A stretch of DNA of 60,607 nt, counting the filler, from Candidatus Aminicenantales bacterium (GTDB lineage Bacteria > Acidobacteriota > Aminicenantia > Aminicenantales > Saccharicenantaceae), in the NCBI GenBank assembly GCA_049512315.1. It is 8 parts of 8 records of this genome, joined end to end, with 100 filler letters (N's around TTAATTAATTAA, not from the genome) between each part and the next. Parts side by side here need not be neighbours in the genome. Positions count along the whole stretch, not along the records: positions 27,294 to 36,124 come from JBEKXF010000063.1; positions 36,225 to 44,444 come from JBEKXF010000064.1; 6 more parts are not named here. One strand, given 5' to 3'. Of the stretch, positions 30,146-42,690 are shown piece by piece. Under the pieces are notes generated by a model. It ran no database searches. It saw nothing but the letters and a program-made list of their open reading frames with translations, and was not told the DNA's origin. How positions within the stretch are numbered: the first letter of the stretch is position 1; every line of letters starts with the position of its first letter. Made by a program: the position numbers and the translations under genes.

Positions 30146-30395
30146 AACCCCGAATAATCTTCATAGCCGCCGATCATGATAGTTACCGAAACTCCCTGAC
30201 TCCTCCTCCCTCGGAGACGCTTTCGGGGTGAGCTTTCACCTTGGCCGTCACCGTCAAGTGAGCCCGCCGTGTGACGGTGGCGTGACAGAATAGGCTGAAA
30301 GCGCAGTAAAATTACGGTTTCGGACGGAAGACGATGAGAGGGTCAGGGCTCATCGAAAGTCGTTTGAATCTCGGGGGATATGAGGGAAAGAGATA

Positions 30396-30469
30396 TGGCT
30401 GGGAAGCAAGGATTCGAACCTTGATTGCATGATCCAGAGTCATGAGTCCTGCCGTTGGACGACTTCCCA
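30396..30469 (-). tRNA. tRNA-Gln (anticodon CTG)
   Basis: TGGGAAG acceptor stem, CATGA-CT-CTG-GA-TCATG anticodon arm, GGTTCGAATCC T-loop, encoded CCA. Confidence 0.95.
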
Positions 30470-30620
30470 GCGCAGGGACCACTATATTAAAGAAATTCCA
30501 GCCAATTTTCAAGCTTTAACGCTCAGCTTATATCTTAGGGCCGCCGTGGCCTATCCCGATGCGTCCCCTTGCGGCCCGGTTGAGCAGGCCTTCCGTTCAT
30601 GATAAGATGGGCGGAAACCG

Positions 30621-31649
30621 ATGAAAAAGAACGTCCTGAAGATCCTGGCCGTTGTCGCCCTGACGGCCGTTTTCTTCTACTTTTTCGCCCGGAGCGTCAA
30701 GTGGAGCGAGGTCGCCGGGTACGTCCGGGGCGTCAACCTGCCTCTCTTTCTCCTTCTCTTTCCCTTCGCGGCCCTCCATTTCTTCACCCGGGCCCTCCGC
30801 TGGCGCTATCTCCTCATCCACGAGAAGAAGGGTGTCCGATTTTCGAACATGGTCAAGGCGAATATCGTCGGGTTCACGATCACCTTCGTCTTCCCGGGGC
30901 GTGTCGGCGAGGTGGCCAAGCCGCTCTACCTGGCCCAGAAGGAGGGGATCCGGAAAGGCTTCGCCGTCGGTACGGTGGTCGTCGAACGCATCTTCGACAT
31001 CTTCACGATGTGCCTCTTCGTGGGGCTCTTTCTCCTCTCCAGGCCCCTTTTCCCGGGGCTCTTCGAAGTCGCCCCGGAGGCCTACAGCCGGCTGACCTTC
31101 TGGGGCATCGTCGGGGTCGCCTTCGCTTCGAGCGTCCTTGCGCTCATCGTGCTCCTCTATTTTTTCCGGGAGAAGGCCCTGGGCGTCATCGGCTTCCTCC
31201 TGAAACCGCTCCCCGAGCGGTTCCGGCGCCGGGCCCTCGAGCTCGTCCACGAATTCATCGACGGCCTGAAGTTCTTTCATTCCCCCGCGAACTTGTTGAT
31301 GTACACCTTCCTCTCTTTCGTGGTCTGGCTGGGCGTCATCCTCTACTACTGGATCCTGATGTTCGCCTTCCATGTCCACGTCCCTTATTTTCTCCTCGTC
31401 CCCTTCGTCTTCATGACCATGGTCGGGGCGTCCATTCCGACGCCGGGCATGGCCGGGGGCTACGACTACTTCAGCAAGCTGGGGATGACCTCCCTCCTCC
31501 ACGTGGACGCCAACCTGGCGGTCGGCATGACCCTGGTCATGCACGCCATCCAGGTCCTGGTGACATGCGTCCTGGGTTATGTTATATTAGGCAAAGAGGG
31601 CCTATCCCTCTTTGAGATCAGGAGGATGGGAGAGAGCGAGAAGTTATGA
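30621..31649 (+). CDS. Lysylphosphatidylglycerol synthase TM-domain (flippase-like) membrane protein
   Basis: RALRWRYLL, PGRVGEVAK, ERIFD and PTPGMAG motifs; multiple TM helices. Confidence 0.85.
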   Translation: MKKNVLKILAVVALTAVFFYFFARSVKWSEVAGYVRGVNLPLFLLLFPFAALHFFTRALRWRYLLIHEKKGVRFSNMVKANIVGFTITFVFPGRVGEVAKPLYLAQKEGIRKGFAVGTVVVERIFDIFTMCLFVGLFLLSRPLFPGLFEVAPEAYSRLTFWGIVGVAFASSVLALIVLLYFFREKALGVIGFLLKPLPERFRRRALELVHEFIDGLKFFHSPANLLMYTFLSFVVWLGVILYYWILMFAFHVHVPYFLLVPFVFMTMVGASIPTPGMAGGYDYFSKLGMTSLLHVDANLAVGMTLVMHAIQVLVTCVLGYVILGKEGLSLFEIRRMGESEKL

Positions 31650-32101
31650 GGTGCCCTTATTGCGGCTTTCTCGAAAGCAAGGTCATCGACTCCCGGGAGA
31701 GCAAAAAAGGCCTCTCCATCCGCCGGCGCCGGGAATGTCTCTCCTGCAAGCGCCGGTTCACGACCTACGAAAAGATTGAAGAGATCCCCTATATGGTGGT
31801 CAAAAAGGACGGCACCCGCCAGCCCTATGACAGCCAGAAGCTCCTCCGGGGGATGATGAAGGCCTGCGAGAAGCGGCCCATCCAGATCAATCAGCTCGAG
31901 GAGATCGTGGAGGAGATCGAATCCCTCCTCCAGGAGCGGCCGGACAAGGAGATCGGCGTCTCCGAAGTCGGTCAGCTTGTCATGGACAGGCTCAAGGCCC
32001 TGGACAAGGTCGCCTATGTGAGGTTCGCCTCGGTTTACCGGGAGTTCAAGGACGTGGCCGAGTTCAAACTGGAGCTCGAGAACCTCATGAAGGAAAAGTA
32101 G
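31646..32101 (+). CDS. nrdR: Transcriptional repressor NrdR
   Basis: MRCPYC…IRRRRECLSCKRRFTTYE zinc ribbon, ATP cone, VAYVRFASVY. Confidence 0.97.
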   Translation: MRCPYCGFLESKVIDSRESKKGLSIRRRRECLSCKRRFTTYEKIEEIPYMVVKKDGTRQPYDSQKLLRGMMKACEKRPIQINQLEEIVEEIESLLQERPDKEIGVSEVGQLVMDRLKALDKVAYVRFASVYREFKDVAEFKLELENLMKEK

Positions 32102-32113
32102 CCCGGCGCTCCG

Positions 32114-32563
32114 ATGATCCGCCGCATCAAGCCCGTTTCCCGCATCCGGAAAACGGAAACCGAGGTCCGGAAGCCGTCCTCCGCCGCCCCTCCGCCGAGG
32201 CGTTCCCTCCCGGGACTCGGCGAGCTGCTGTCTCCGGCCGTGGACATCTACGAGAAGGAAGGAGAGATCGTCGTCGAGATGGAGCTCCCCGGCGTCCACG
32301 AGAAGGACGTCAAGATCCTCCTCTATCCGGGGCGGGTGGAAGTGAGGGGATTGAAGCGGGAAATCCCCAGCCACCAGGGGGTTCGGTACCTCAGGCTGGA
32401 GAGGGGGTTCGGCGCCTTCCAGCGGGACGTCCCGGTGCCGGGGGCCGTGGACCCGGATAAGGCTTACGCTTCGTTCGAGAACGGGATCCTGACCATCGTT
32501 CTCGGGAAGCCGCCGCGAAAAACCAGGGACGTGGACATCAGGAACCGCCGGAACGAAGGATAG
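32114..32563 (+). CDS. Hsp20/alpha-crystallin family protein
   Basis: PAVDIYE…ELPGV…ERGFGAFQR…ASFENGILTI. Confidence 0.9.
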   Translation: MIRRIKPVSRIRKTETEVRKPSSAAPPPRRSLPGLGELLSPAVDIYEKEGEIVVEMELPGVHEKDVKILLYPGRVEVRGLKREIPSHQGVRYLRLERGFGAFQRDVPVPGAVDPDKAYASFENGILTIVLGKPPRKTRDVDIRNRRNEG

Positions 32564-32578
32564 GAATGGAGACATCTC

Positions 32579-34993
<2,415 letters not shown>

Positions 34994-35006
34994 CCGCGGC
35001 CCGCGC

Positions 35007-35981
35007 ATACGGCTGAAAGACCTCGGCGAACGGCGCGTTATCGCGGAAATCCGGCGCCGGCTGGGCGGTGGCGGGGGGACAGGCGTCCGGCTGGGGATCG
35101 GTGACGACGCCGCTGTCGTCCGCAGCCCCAAAGAACTGCTCCTCACCAAGGACCTCCTGGTCGAAGGGGTTGATTTCCGCAGGTCGCTCCACCCCCCGCG
35201 GCTCCTCGGCCGGAAATCCCTCAATGTCAACCTGAGCGACATCGCGGCCATGGGCGGCCGGCCCCTGCACGCCGTCCTAGGCCTGGCGCTGCCGGGAGAA
35301 ACGGAGCGGGAATGGCTCAGCGAGTTCCTGGCGGGTTTCCGAGAGGCTTCCCGCGAGGCGGGCGTCGCTCTGGTCGGGGGAGACATCTCGGAGGCCCGGG
35401 AAATCCTGATCTCTGTGACCGTCACCGGCGAGGCGGGGCCGTTCGTCCCGAGGAGCGGGGCGAGGCCGGGAGATCTGGTTTTTGTCTCCGGCAGCCTCGG
35501 CGACGCGGCCGCCGGCCTGCGGCTGCTCAAGAAGGGCACCCGTCAGGGAAAAAACAGGGCCGCCAATCCTCTGATCAAAGCCTTCTTGGACCCGGCGCCC
35601 CGGCTAGAGCTGGGCTCTCTCCTGGCCCGGAGAAAACTCGCCTCCGCCATGATCGACGTCTCGGACGGCCTGTCCGTGGACCTGGCCCATATCTGCGAGG
35701 AAAGCGGGGTAGGGGCCGAGGTCGAGCTCGGCCGGGTCCCGATCTCCGGGGCCCTGCGCCGCTTCATGAAAAACCCCTTGCTGTTGGCCCTCGATGGAGG
35801 AGAGGACTTCGAGCTCCTCTTTACCGTGCGGCCGCGAAACGTCCCGCGCCTCCGCCGCCTCGGGCCGCTTTTCAAGATCACGGAGATCGGCCGGATCACG
35901 GCAGAAAAGAGGATTGTGATTGTCGACTCCGCAGGCCGCAAAAAGCCCCTGGCGATCCGGGGCTACGAACATTTCAAATAG
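35007..35981 (+). CDS. thiL: Thiamine-monophosphate kinase (non-canonical start)
   Basis: The frame upstream of the ORF-track start at 35250 reads ATA-RLKDLGE…GIGDDAAV…NLSDIAAMGG; DVSDGL and GGEDFELLFT motifs follow. Confidence 0.9.
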   Translation: MRLKDLGERRVIAEIRRRLGGGGGTGVRLGIGDDAAVVRSPKELLLTKDLLVEGVDFRRSLHPPRLLGRKSLNVNLSDIAAMGGRPLHAVLGLALPGETEREWLSEFLAGFREASREAGVALVGGDISEAREILISVTVTGEAGPFVPRSGARPGDLVFVSGSLGDAAAGLRLLKKGTRQGKNRAANPLIKAFLDPAPRLELGSLLARRKLASAMIDVSDGLSVDLAHICEESGVGAEVELGRVPISGALRRFMKNPLLLALDGGEDFELLFTVRPRNVPRLRRLGPLFKITEIGRITAEKRIVIVDSAGRKKPLAIRGYEHFK

Positions 35982-36224
35982 AGCTGTTCTTCTTAATAAA
36001 TTAGCGGACGCAGGGGGGATGTCCCGGAGAAAACATTGAGCGCGACGCGGGCACGGATGGAAAAGAGGGACAGTCCCAGGAGCAATACGCAAAGACTCGT
36101 TTCAGATATTTACCAGAAGTGCGGNNNNNNNNNNNNNNNNNNNNNNNNNNNNNNNNNNNNNNNNNNNNTTAATTAATTAANNNNNNNNNNNNNNNNNNNN
36201 NNNNNNNNNNNNNNNNNNNNNNNN

Positions 36225-36502
36225 CGTATTAACTGTTCGGACTCATGAAGCGTCAGGATAAGCACCTCGGTTCTAGGGAGGGCTTTCAGGATTTGTCGCG
36301 TGGCTTCCAAGCCATTCAATTCCGGCATGCTGATATCCATCACCACCACGTCAGGCTTCGTCTGTTTTGCCCGTTCAACAGCCTCCCGCCCATTGGCCGC
36401 CTCCGCGCAAACTTCCCATTCGGGACGGACTTCCAGAAGGGCTCGCATTCCCTGCCGCACGACCTCGTGATCATCCGCCACCAGAATACGAAGCGTTTTC
36501 AC
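36225..36502 (-). CDS. NarL-type response regulator, N-terminal part
   Basis: ILVADDHEVVRQG…MDISMPELNG; GTGA coupling to the kinase; contig edge. Confidence 0.85.
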
Positions 36503-38316
36503 AGAACGACCTCGGGATGCGGGATCACCACTCGGACGGTCGTGCCCCGCCGGCTTGAATCGATTTCCAGCCGACCCCCGAGTTGTCTGGCTCGCTCGCT
36601 CATGCCCATAATGCCCACTCCAAGCTGTCCGCTATTCTGATTGCCCGAGTGGAGTGCCTTCGTGGGCATCCCCTGGCCTTTGTCCGTTATTTCTAATTTC
36701 ACCTCAGTCCCGCGCCGCGCAAGCCGTACCCTGGCTGTGGGACTTTTGGAGTGACGGTGGACGTTCGTCAGGCTTTCCTGCACGACGCGAAAAAGGGTCG
36801 TCTCGACGTCCTGGGGCAGCCGGCCAAAACTGGGAGATACTTTGAGATCGATCTTGATTTCGCTTCGCTCGGCGAACCCCTTAACGTACCAAGCCAAGGC
36901 TGAAGCCAAGCCATCTTCATCAAGCAGCGGCGGGTGTAACAAGTAGGAGAGGGTACGCATCTCCTTCAAGGACCGCTCTGCCACCTTGAGACTTCCAGAT
37001 AGGGCTTGGCGTGCTTTCGGGTTAAGCTTATCAGCCGACCTTTGCGCCACGGTAAGGTTCGTCACCAAAGCGGCGAGGTTCTGGCCTATGGCGTCGTGGA
37101 GTTCCCGGGCAATGCGTCGCCGCTCCTCATCCTGCAACTGCAGCAGACGTGTAGAAAGCCCGCGGAGAGACTTCTCAGCATGCTTGCGTTCGGTGAGGTC
37201 TCGCATGACGGCCAACATGCAAATTGATCCCGTCTCATCAGCAATGGGGGCCGCATAAGACTCCACCCACCTCCGCGTACCTTTGAGCCCGACAATCTCG
37301 AACTCTAAATTGGTCTTATTGCCGCTGCACACTCCCTGCAAGAAAGCTTGGAACGCCGCCCGGTGCTCAGGAACAATCAAGGGAAGGACTGACTTTCGAG
37401 GAACTTCGGCAAAGCTGCCAGCCTCGATCATGGCCAGGCCCGCCGGGTTCAATTGGAGGAGGTTGCCGTTGGACGCGACGATCGCGACACATTCCGGCTC
37501 GGTTTCAACGATGGCGCGCAAGCGATTTTCACTTTGCTGTAGCGCCTCCTCCGCCCGCTTGCGCCGGGTAATATCGACGAAGGTCCCCAGGATGATCGGT
37601 GGGCTGCCTGCCTCCCATTCGACCAGACTCTCGTTAGCCAGGACCCAAACTTGGCTGCCATCTTTTCGCTTCAGGCACAATTCTATGTTTGACAGAGCAC
37701 GTTCCGCCCCCAGGCGGACCATGAGTGCTTCCCGCTCACGGGGATCAAAGTAAAGGTCGCGCATGGGACGAGCTATGATCTCTTCCCCAGAGGCATATCC
37801 GAAGACCTTGGCGAAAGCTTCATTACAGTCCATAATGTGGCCGTCCAAGGAAGCCCGGTATACCCCAGCATGGTTTTTTTCAACGAGCAGGCGATACCGC
37901 TGCTCACTTCTCAGCAGCTCTTCCCTTACTTGCATCCGCTCAACGGCATAGAAGATGGCGCGGCAAATCCACTCGCCATTCACCTTTCCTATGACGAGGT
38001 AATCTTGCGCCCCTTCCCGGACTGCTTGGAGGCCCAGCTTTTCATCGGTAAGACCCGTTAGCACGATGATGGGAGCGCCGGGGAATTGCTTGTGTAGCTC
38101 CACAAAAGTGCTGATGCCCTGGCTGTCTGGGAGCCCGAGATCCAATAACACCGCGTCGATTCCCCCCTTCGCCAGCCGCTCGGCCGCCGCCAGCAAGCTT
38201 GGGGCATCCTCCAGGTCAGCCAAGGCGGGCTTCGCTTCCTTCAACATTTCCCTGACTAGGCGGATATTCCCCGGATTATCCTCCACCAGCAAGACTTTAA
38301 TCGGCTCGGATATCAT
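36499..38316 (-). CDS. REC-PAS-PAS HisKA_3 sensor histidine kinase
   Basis: Receiver N-terminus, two PAS domains, ERRRIARELHD H-box, GIMGMSERA. Confidence 0.9.
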   Translation of the reverse strand: MISEPIKVLLVEDNPGNIRLVREMLKEAKPALADLEDAPSLLAAAERLAKGGIDAVLLDLGLPDSQGISTFVELHKQFPGAPIIVLTGLTDEKLGLQAVREGAQDYLVIGKVNGEWICRAIFYAVERMQVREELLRSEQRYRLLVEKNHAGVYRASLDGHIMDCNEAFAKVFGYASGEEIIARPMRDLYFDPREREALMVRLGAERALSNIELCLKRKDGSQVWVLANESLVEWEAGSPPIILGTFVDITRRKRAEEALQQSENRLRAIVETEPECVAIVASNGNLLQLNPAGLAMIEAGSFAEVPRKSVLPLIVPEHRAAFQAFLQGVCSGNKTNLEFEIVGLKGTRRWVESYAAPIADETGSICMLAVMRDLTERKHAEKSLRGLSTRLLQLQDEERRRIARELHDAIGQNLAALVTNLTVAQRSADKLNPKARQALSGSLKVAERSLKEMRTLSYLLHPPLLDEDGLASALAWYVKGFAERSEIKIDLKVSPSFGRLPQDVETTLFRVVQESLTNVHRHSKSPTARVRLARRGTEVKLEITDKGQGMPTKALHSGNQNSGQLGVGIMGMSERARQLGGRLEIDSSRRGTTVRVVIPHPEVVL

Positions 38317-38830
38317 GGCGTTCTTCCTTCATCTTTGAGAAGTCTCCTATCCTTACAACCAGGATCGATGATGCCTAAGCCTCACCCCTTGCCCAAGAGA
38401 GGGCACTCGGACTCTGTAAGAAACCGAGTGTGAAGGATTCTCTAATACCGGGCAGCGGAGCCCATCTTGACGCACTTCTTAACGAGAATCAAGCTACAGC
38501 TTGGATGAACCCACTGCCCTTTGTCTCTATTGTAGATTATGTAGAGACGCCCAGAGGTTCAGGCGCTCAACGTACTGTCGTATACTCAATCCGCAGTATT
38601 GTGCCTGTTCCTCCTAGAGGATATGCTCGCTCCTCAAGGAGGAGTGTTTCTCGGGAAAGGTCCTGATTGTCGATGGCGGAGCATTGAAGGGATAAGTCTG
38701 AGGAAGCAGCCCGTTCGCACTGTGAAACTGCCCTGGAGCGAGCCCCGACGCGCAAGGCGGTGTCAGGACGGCGCCAAGAACTGGTTCCTTTTGATCGCCC
38801 TGGCTCGCTTTCAGCACGGAGATGGAGATC

Positions 38831-39238
38831 ATGTTTGCGCGTAGTATTTCCATGCGGCTCAAGCCGAATAGCGTCACAGAATTTATTCAGACGCTTCAGA
38901 ACGAAATTGACCCGCTGCTTCGAAAAGAGCAAGGCTTTCGGGGCCACATTGCATTCCTTGTCCCCGATGGAAGTGAAGCAGTCGCAATCAGTTTCTGGGA
39001 TAGGAAACAGGGCCGGATCAGCCATAGCGGCCGAAGATGCAAAGTGCTGGTGACCCTGGAAAAACTAGTCAAGGGGCCTCCCGACGCTAGGGTGTGTGAG
39101 ATTCCCAACTCGACCTCCGACGACGGCGGATTGCTTCGCTCCTTCGTCCACGTTGAAGGAGTTCGTCACATTGAAATCTATGAGGTTTCCAGGTCGATCT
39201 TTCGAGCCATTGCTGCTGAGGGGCTGGCGAGTGACTAG
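38831..39238 (+). CDS. Small dimeric alpha/beta-barrel (ABM-like) protein, possibly degenerate
   Basis: MFARSISMRLKP…LLRKEQGF…AISFWD; the C-terminal segment looks internally duplicated. Confidence 0.55.
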   Translation: MFARSISMRLKPNSVTEFIQTLQNEIDPLLRKEQGFRGHIAFLVPDGSEAVAISFWDRKQGRISHSGRRCKVLVTLEKLVKGPPDARVCEIPNSTSDDGGLLRSFVHVEGVRHIEIYEVSRSIFRAIAAEGLASD

Positions 39239-39345
39239 CAAAAGGAAGTTCCGTAAACAATTGGACCGTATTGTGGCAAGGCGGTGTCAGATCTTCGCCT
39301 GAAACCGATTACTTTTGATACCACGGGAAGCAGACGGGGAGTGTT

Positions 39346-40041
39346 ATGGCGCGTAATAGAAGCCAGCCTGAGGTTATTACGGCAAACCAGAAGACCCAGC
39401 CTGTCGATTGGGAAGCCCTCCTCGCTGGAATCCCCGGCGGGAAGACCGTTATAGAATACACCGCGAACCGCATCATCTACCGGCAAGGAGACCCTGCGGA
39501 TTCCATCTTCTACCTCCGGCGAGGCAAGGTGAAGCTCACGGTGACCTCCCAGCAAGGCAAGGAAGCGATCGTCGCCATTCTGGGCGCCGGTGAGTTCTTC
39601 GGCGAGGGATGCCTGGCAGGTCAGCTGTTGCGCGTGTCGACGGCTGTCGCGATGACCGATTGCACTTTTGCCAGGATTGAGAAGCCGCGCATGGCGCGCA
39701 TGCTGCACGAGCAGCACGACATCTCGGAATTGTTCGTCACGCACCTGCTTTCACGCAATATCCGATATGAAGAGGATCTCGTCGACCAGCTTTTCAACTC
39801 CAGCGAGAAGCGCTTGGCCCGGATTCTCTTGCTACTGGCTCATTTTGGCAAGGACGGTCGATCCGAACCTGTCCTTCCCAGAATCAATCAGGAAAACCTG
39901 GCGCAAATGGTGGGCACCACCCGGTCGCGGGTCAGTCATTTCATGAACAAGTTCAGAAAGCTGGGCTTTGTCGATTACGACAGCTCCAGCGGCGGGTTGA
40001 TGGTCCATAGTGGCCTCCTCAGCGTGATGCTGCACGAATAA
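39346..40041 (+). CDS. Crp/Fnr-family transcriptional regulator (copy 1)
   Basis: cNMP-binding FFGEGCL; HTH QENLAQMVGTTRSRVS. Confidence 0.93.
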   Translation: MARNRSQPEVITANQKTQPVDWEALLAGIPGGKTVIEYTANRIIYRQGDPADSIFYLRRGKVKLTVTSQQGKEAIVAILGAGEFFGEGCLAGQLLRVSTAVAMTDCTFARIEKPRMARMLHEQHDISELFVTHLLSRNIRYEEDLVDQLFNSSEKRLARILLLLAHFGKDGRSEPVLPRINQENLAQMVGTTRSRVSHFMNKFRKLGFVDYDSSSGGLMVHSGLLSVMLHE

Positions 40042-40381
40042 CCACCTAGGTGATCCAGGCGTGCCCAGCCTGCCCTGCAGAGCGAAGCAGCCCGTTTGGA
40101 TGGTGTGCTCTGAAAGGGAAAACCTTCTCCCCCTCTGCGGGATCACGATGACAGTCCCCGCGTTGTTGCACTTCCCTCGGACACGCGACGGTAGCCTTGC
40201 TGTCAAACCCTCGGTAATTCCACCGGCTTGGCACGATATTTCCTCCCATTAACTGGCCTGAGCAATTTTGAACACATGCGTGAGCAGTTCGGGGCTGACA
40301 CTCGAATTACCCTCAGCGTATAAACATTGTGCGTCTAGCTTCCGGCCAGGAACTACCTGGAGGCAGATGTCAGCGAGGAGG

Positions 40382-40612
40382 ATCTACACGCTAACCGAGG
40401 ACGTCAACCACCTCGGAGCCCTGACGGTCGGCGCCACGTTCACCGGAATCTATTCCGTGTCCGCGAACGGTCGGGTAACGGCCACCGTGACGCCTTCGGG
40501 CGGCAGGACAGCGGCCAACGTCGTCTTTTACACCGTTCTTGGCTCGAAGTTGTTCCTTATCGAGGTGGATCCCGGGCGTGTCGGCTCGGGAGTCGTCGAG
40601 AAGCAGTTCTAG
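40382..40612 (+). pseudogene. C-terminal fragment of a beta-strand-rich exported protein
   Basis: TGIYSVSANGRVT…VFY…EKQF* has coding-like composition but no credible start. Confidence 0.45.
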
Positions 40613-40656
40613 CTCTGTTTTGCCTCAGTATCTTCAGCGAGTAGAGGGAGGTTGTT

Positions 40657-41352
40657 ATGGCAAATATGAAAAGCCATCCTGAGGTCGGTATGGCAAATAA
40701 AAAAAACCAGCCTGTTGATTGGGAAGCCTTCCTCGCTGGATTCGCCGGCGGGAAAACCGACGCTGAATACGGCGCGAACCGCAACATCTTCTGCCAAGGA
40801 CAACCTGCGGATTCCGTGTTCTACATCCGACAAGGCAAGGTGAAGCTCGCGGTGACATCCGACCAAGGCAAGGAAGCGATCGTCGCCATCCTGGGCGCCG
40901 GTGACTTCTTCGGCGAGGGTTGCCTGGCAGGTCAGCCGTTGCGCATCGCCACGGCTACCACGATGGCCGATTGCAGTCTGGTCAGGATTGCGAAGCCGCT
41001 GATGGCGCGCATGCTGCACGAGCAGCACGACATTTCGGAATTGTTCGTCACGCATCTGCTTTCACGCAACATCCGATTCGAAGGGGATCTCGTCGATCAG
41101 CTTTTCAACTCCAGCGAGAAACGTCTGGCCCGGATTCTCTTGCTGCTGGCTCATTTTGGCAAAGAAGGTCGATCCGAAGCTGTCGTTCCCAGAATCAATC
41201 AGGAAAACCTGGCGCAAATGGTGGGCACCACCCGGTCGCGGGTCAGTCATTTCATGAACAGGTTCAAGGAGCTGGGCTTTGTCGATTACGACGGCTCCAG
41301 CGGCGGGTTGATGGTCCACAGTGGCCTCCTCACCGTGGTCCTGCGCGACTAG
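40657..41352 (+). CDS. Crp/Fnr-family transcriptional regulator (copy 2)
   Basis: Close paralog of 39346-40041 with the same length. Confidence 0.93.
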   Translation: MANMKSHPEVGMANKKNQPVDWEAFLAGFAGGKTDAEYGANRNIFCQGQPADSVFYIRQGKVKLAVTSDQGKEAIVAILGAGDFFGEGCLAGQPLRIATATTMADCSLVRIAKPLMARMLHEQHDISELFVTHLLSRNIRFEGDLVDQLFNSSEKRLARILLLLAHFGKEGRSEAVVPRINQENLAQMVGTTRSRVSHFMNRFKELGFVDYDGSSGGLMVHSGLLTVVLRD

Positions 41353-41546
41353 CCTCGCTGTCAAACCCTCGGTAATTCCCACCGGCCCCACACCGTAGTT
41401 CCCCCTCCTCAACTGGGATGAGCAATTCTGACCAGACGTGCGAGCAATGCTGAACTGACACGCGAATTACCCCAGAGTAGAAGAGATGTACCCCGCGCTG
41501 TCAGCCAGGATCTGTGCGAAGCCGGTGGCGCGGGGGGAGGGGCGAT

Positions 41547-41702
41547 ATGCTCGCAACTGCTTTGATCGTCGTCGTGGTTTTGATGCTGTTGGGTGCACTG
41601 CCCAGATGGCCGCACAGCCGAGAGTGGGGCTATTACCCAAGCGGCGGGCTGGGCTTGGTCCTGGTGATTCTGGTCATCCTGCTGCTATTGGGTCGGCTTT
41701 AA
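41547..41702 (+). CDS. DUF3309 family small membrane protein
   Basis: LLGALPRWPHSREWGYYPSGGLG motif; GGAGG RBS. Confidence 0.85.
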   Translation: MLATALIVVVVLMLLGALPRWPHSREWGYYPSGGLGLVLVILVILLLLGRL

Positions 41703-42095
41703 AGGCCGCGCGCCCGACGTTCTCTCACACTTCAGATCGAAAGCAACTCGATCTGTAAAAAGGACAAGCGCGCTCACCCTAAGTGTAGTTGCATGGCTGC
41801 CCACGATAACAAGTATCCGAAGGCGAATTCGAGGAGGGAACATGACTCCTGACTATGACTTGACGAACCTGCAGACCGATCAGGCCGACCTGTGGATTTA
41901 CCTCCAGGTCGATGTCATCCTCGCCCGGATTCTCGCTGACCAGCCCGAGCGCCGGGCATCCCTTCTCACTTTAGGGGACTGCACTCAACGTTGCAGCCCT
42001 TACTACGACTGCGAAGCTGCAGGCGATACTCAACAGCACATAACCGGGAGCAGACTTATAGGCGTCGGCCTCGGAAACAAGGAGGTGAATTAGAC

Positions 42096-42287
42096 ATGCC
42101 TTTACTTCACATATTCCTGGTCCTGATCGTGGTTGGGGTTCTCCTCTGGGTGGTCAATCACTTCATACCAATGGCAGGGTCCATTAAGTCGATCTTGAAT
42201 GCTGTCGTGGTCATTCTCGTGGTTTTGTGGCTCCTGAATGTTTTTGGGGTTCTTCATTCCCTTTCCAGGATCCACATGAGGACGTGA
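42096..42287 (+). CDS. Thivi_2564-like small membrane protein
   Basis: LIVVGVLLWVVNHFIPMAGSIKSILNAVVV; AAGGAGGT RBS. Confidence 0.8.
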   Translation: MPLLHIFLVLIVVGVLLWVVNHFIPMAGSIKSILNAVVVILVVLWLLNVFGVLHSLSRIHMRT

Positions 42288-42690
42288 CTGTCTTGGCTCA
42301 GCGAGGGTGGCACATAAGCGGGCGCAGCCGCTGCGGCGCGTGGCAAGGTGAGCTTTCGTGAATAGGTTACGATACGGCCCGCGAATGGAAAAAGCCGGTC
42401 GCTGCTGGCGGCGCAGTTCCTCTTTACGCCTCACCTGGTCGCCCCTGCCAGGTCGAATGGGATCGGGTCAACCACTTCTCGCGATTCATTTGCGCCGACC
42501 AGGCTGCGCTACTTCCCTTTTGACGGCGCCCTGTATTCTTCTCCGCCGTCGTCAGGCCACGCCCAAATTCTATCCGACTTGCATCTCCGGAATTTGCTAC
42601 ACTCGCTGATCGATGTCGCGGAGCTGAGCCATCCTGCACGCATGAAGATTCACCATTGCGTCGCCGAGCGGATCCGCAACCAAACGTTGA

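Noticed and set aside
41842..42093. 83-aa ORF with a strong RBS between DUF3309 and Thivi_2564-like genes
   Set aside because: No recognisable motif and the second half looks non-coding; may be a gene remnant but cannot be supported.
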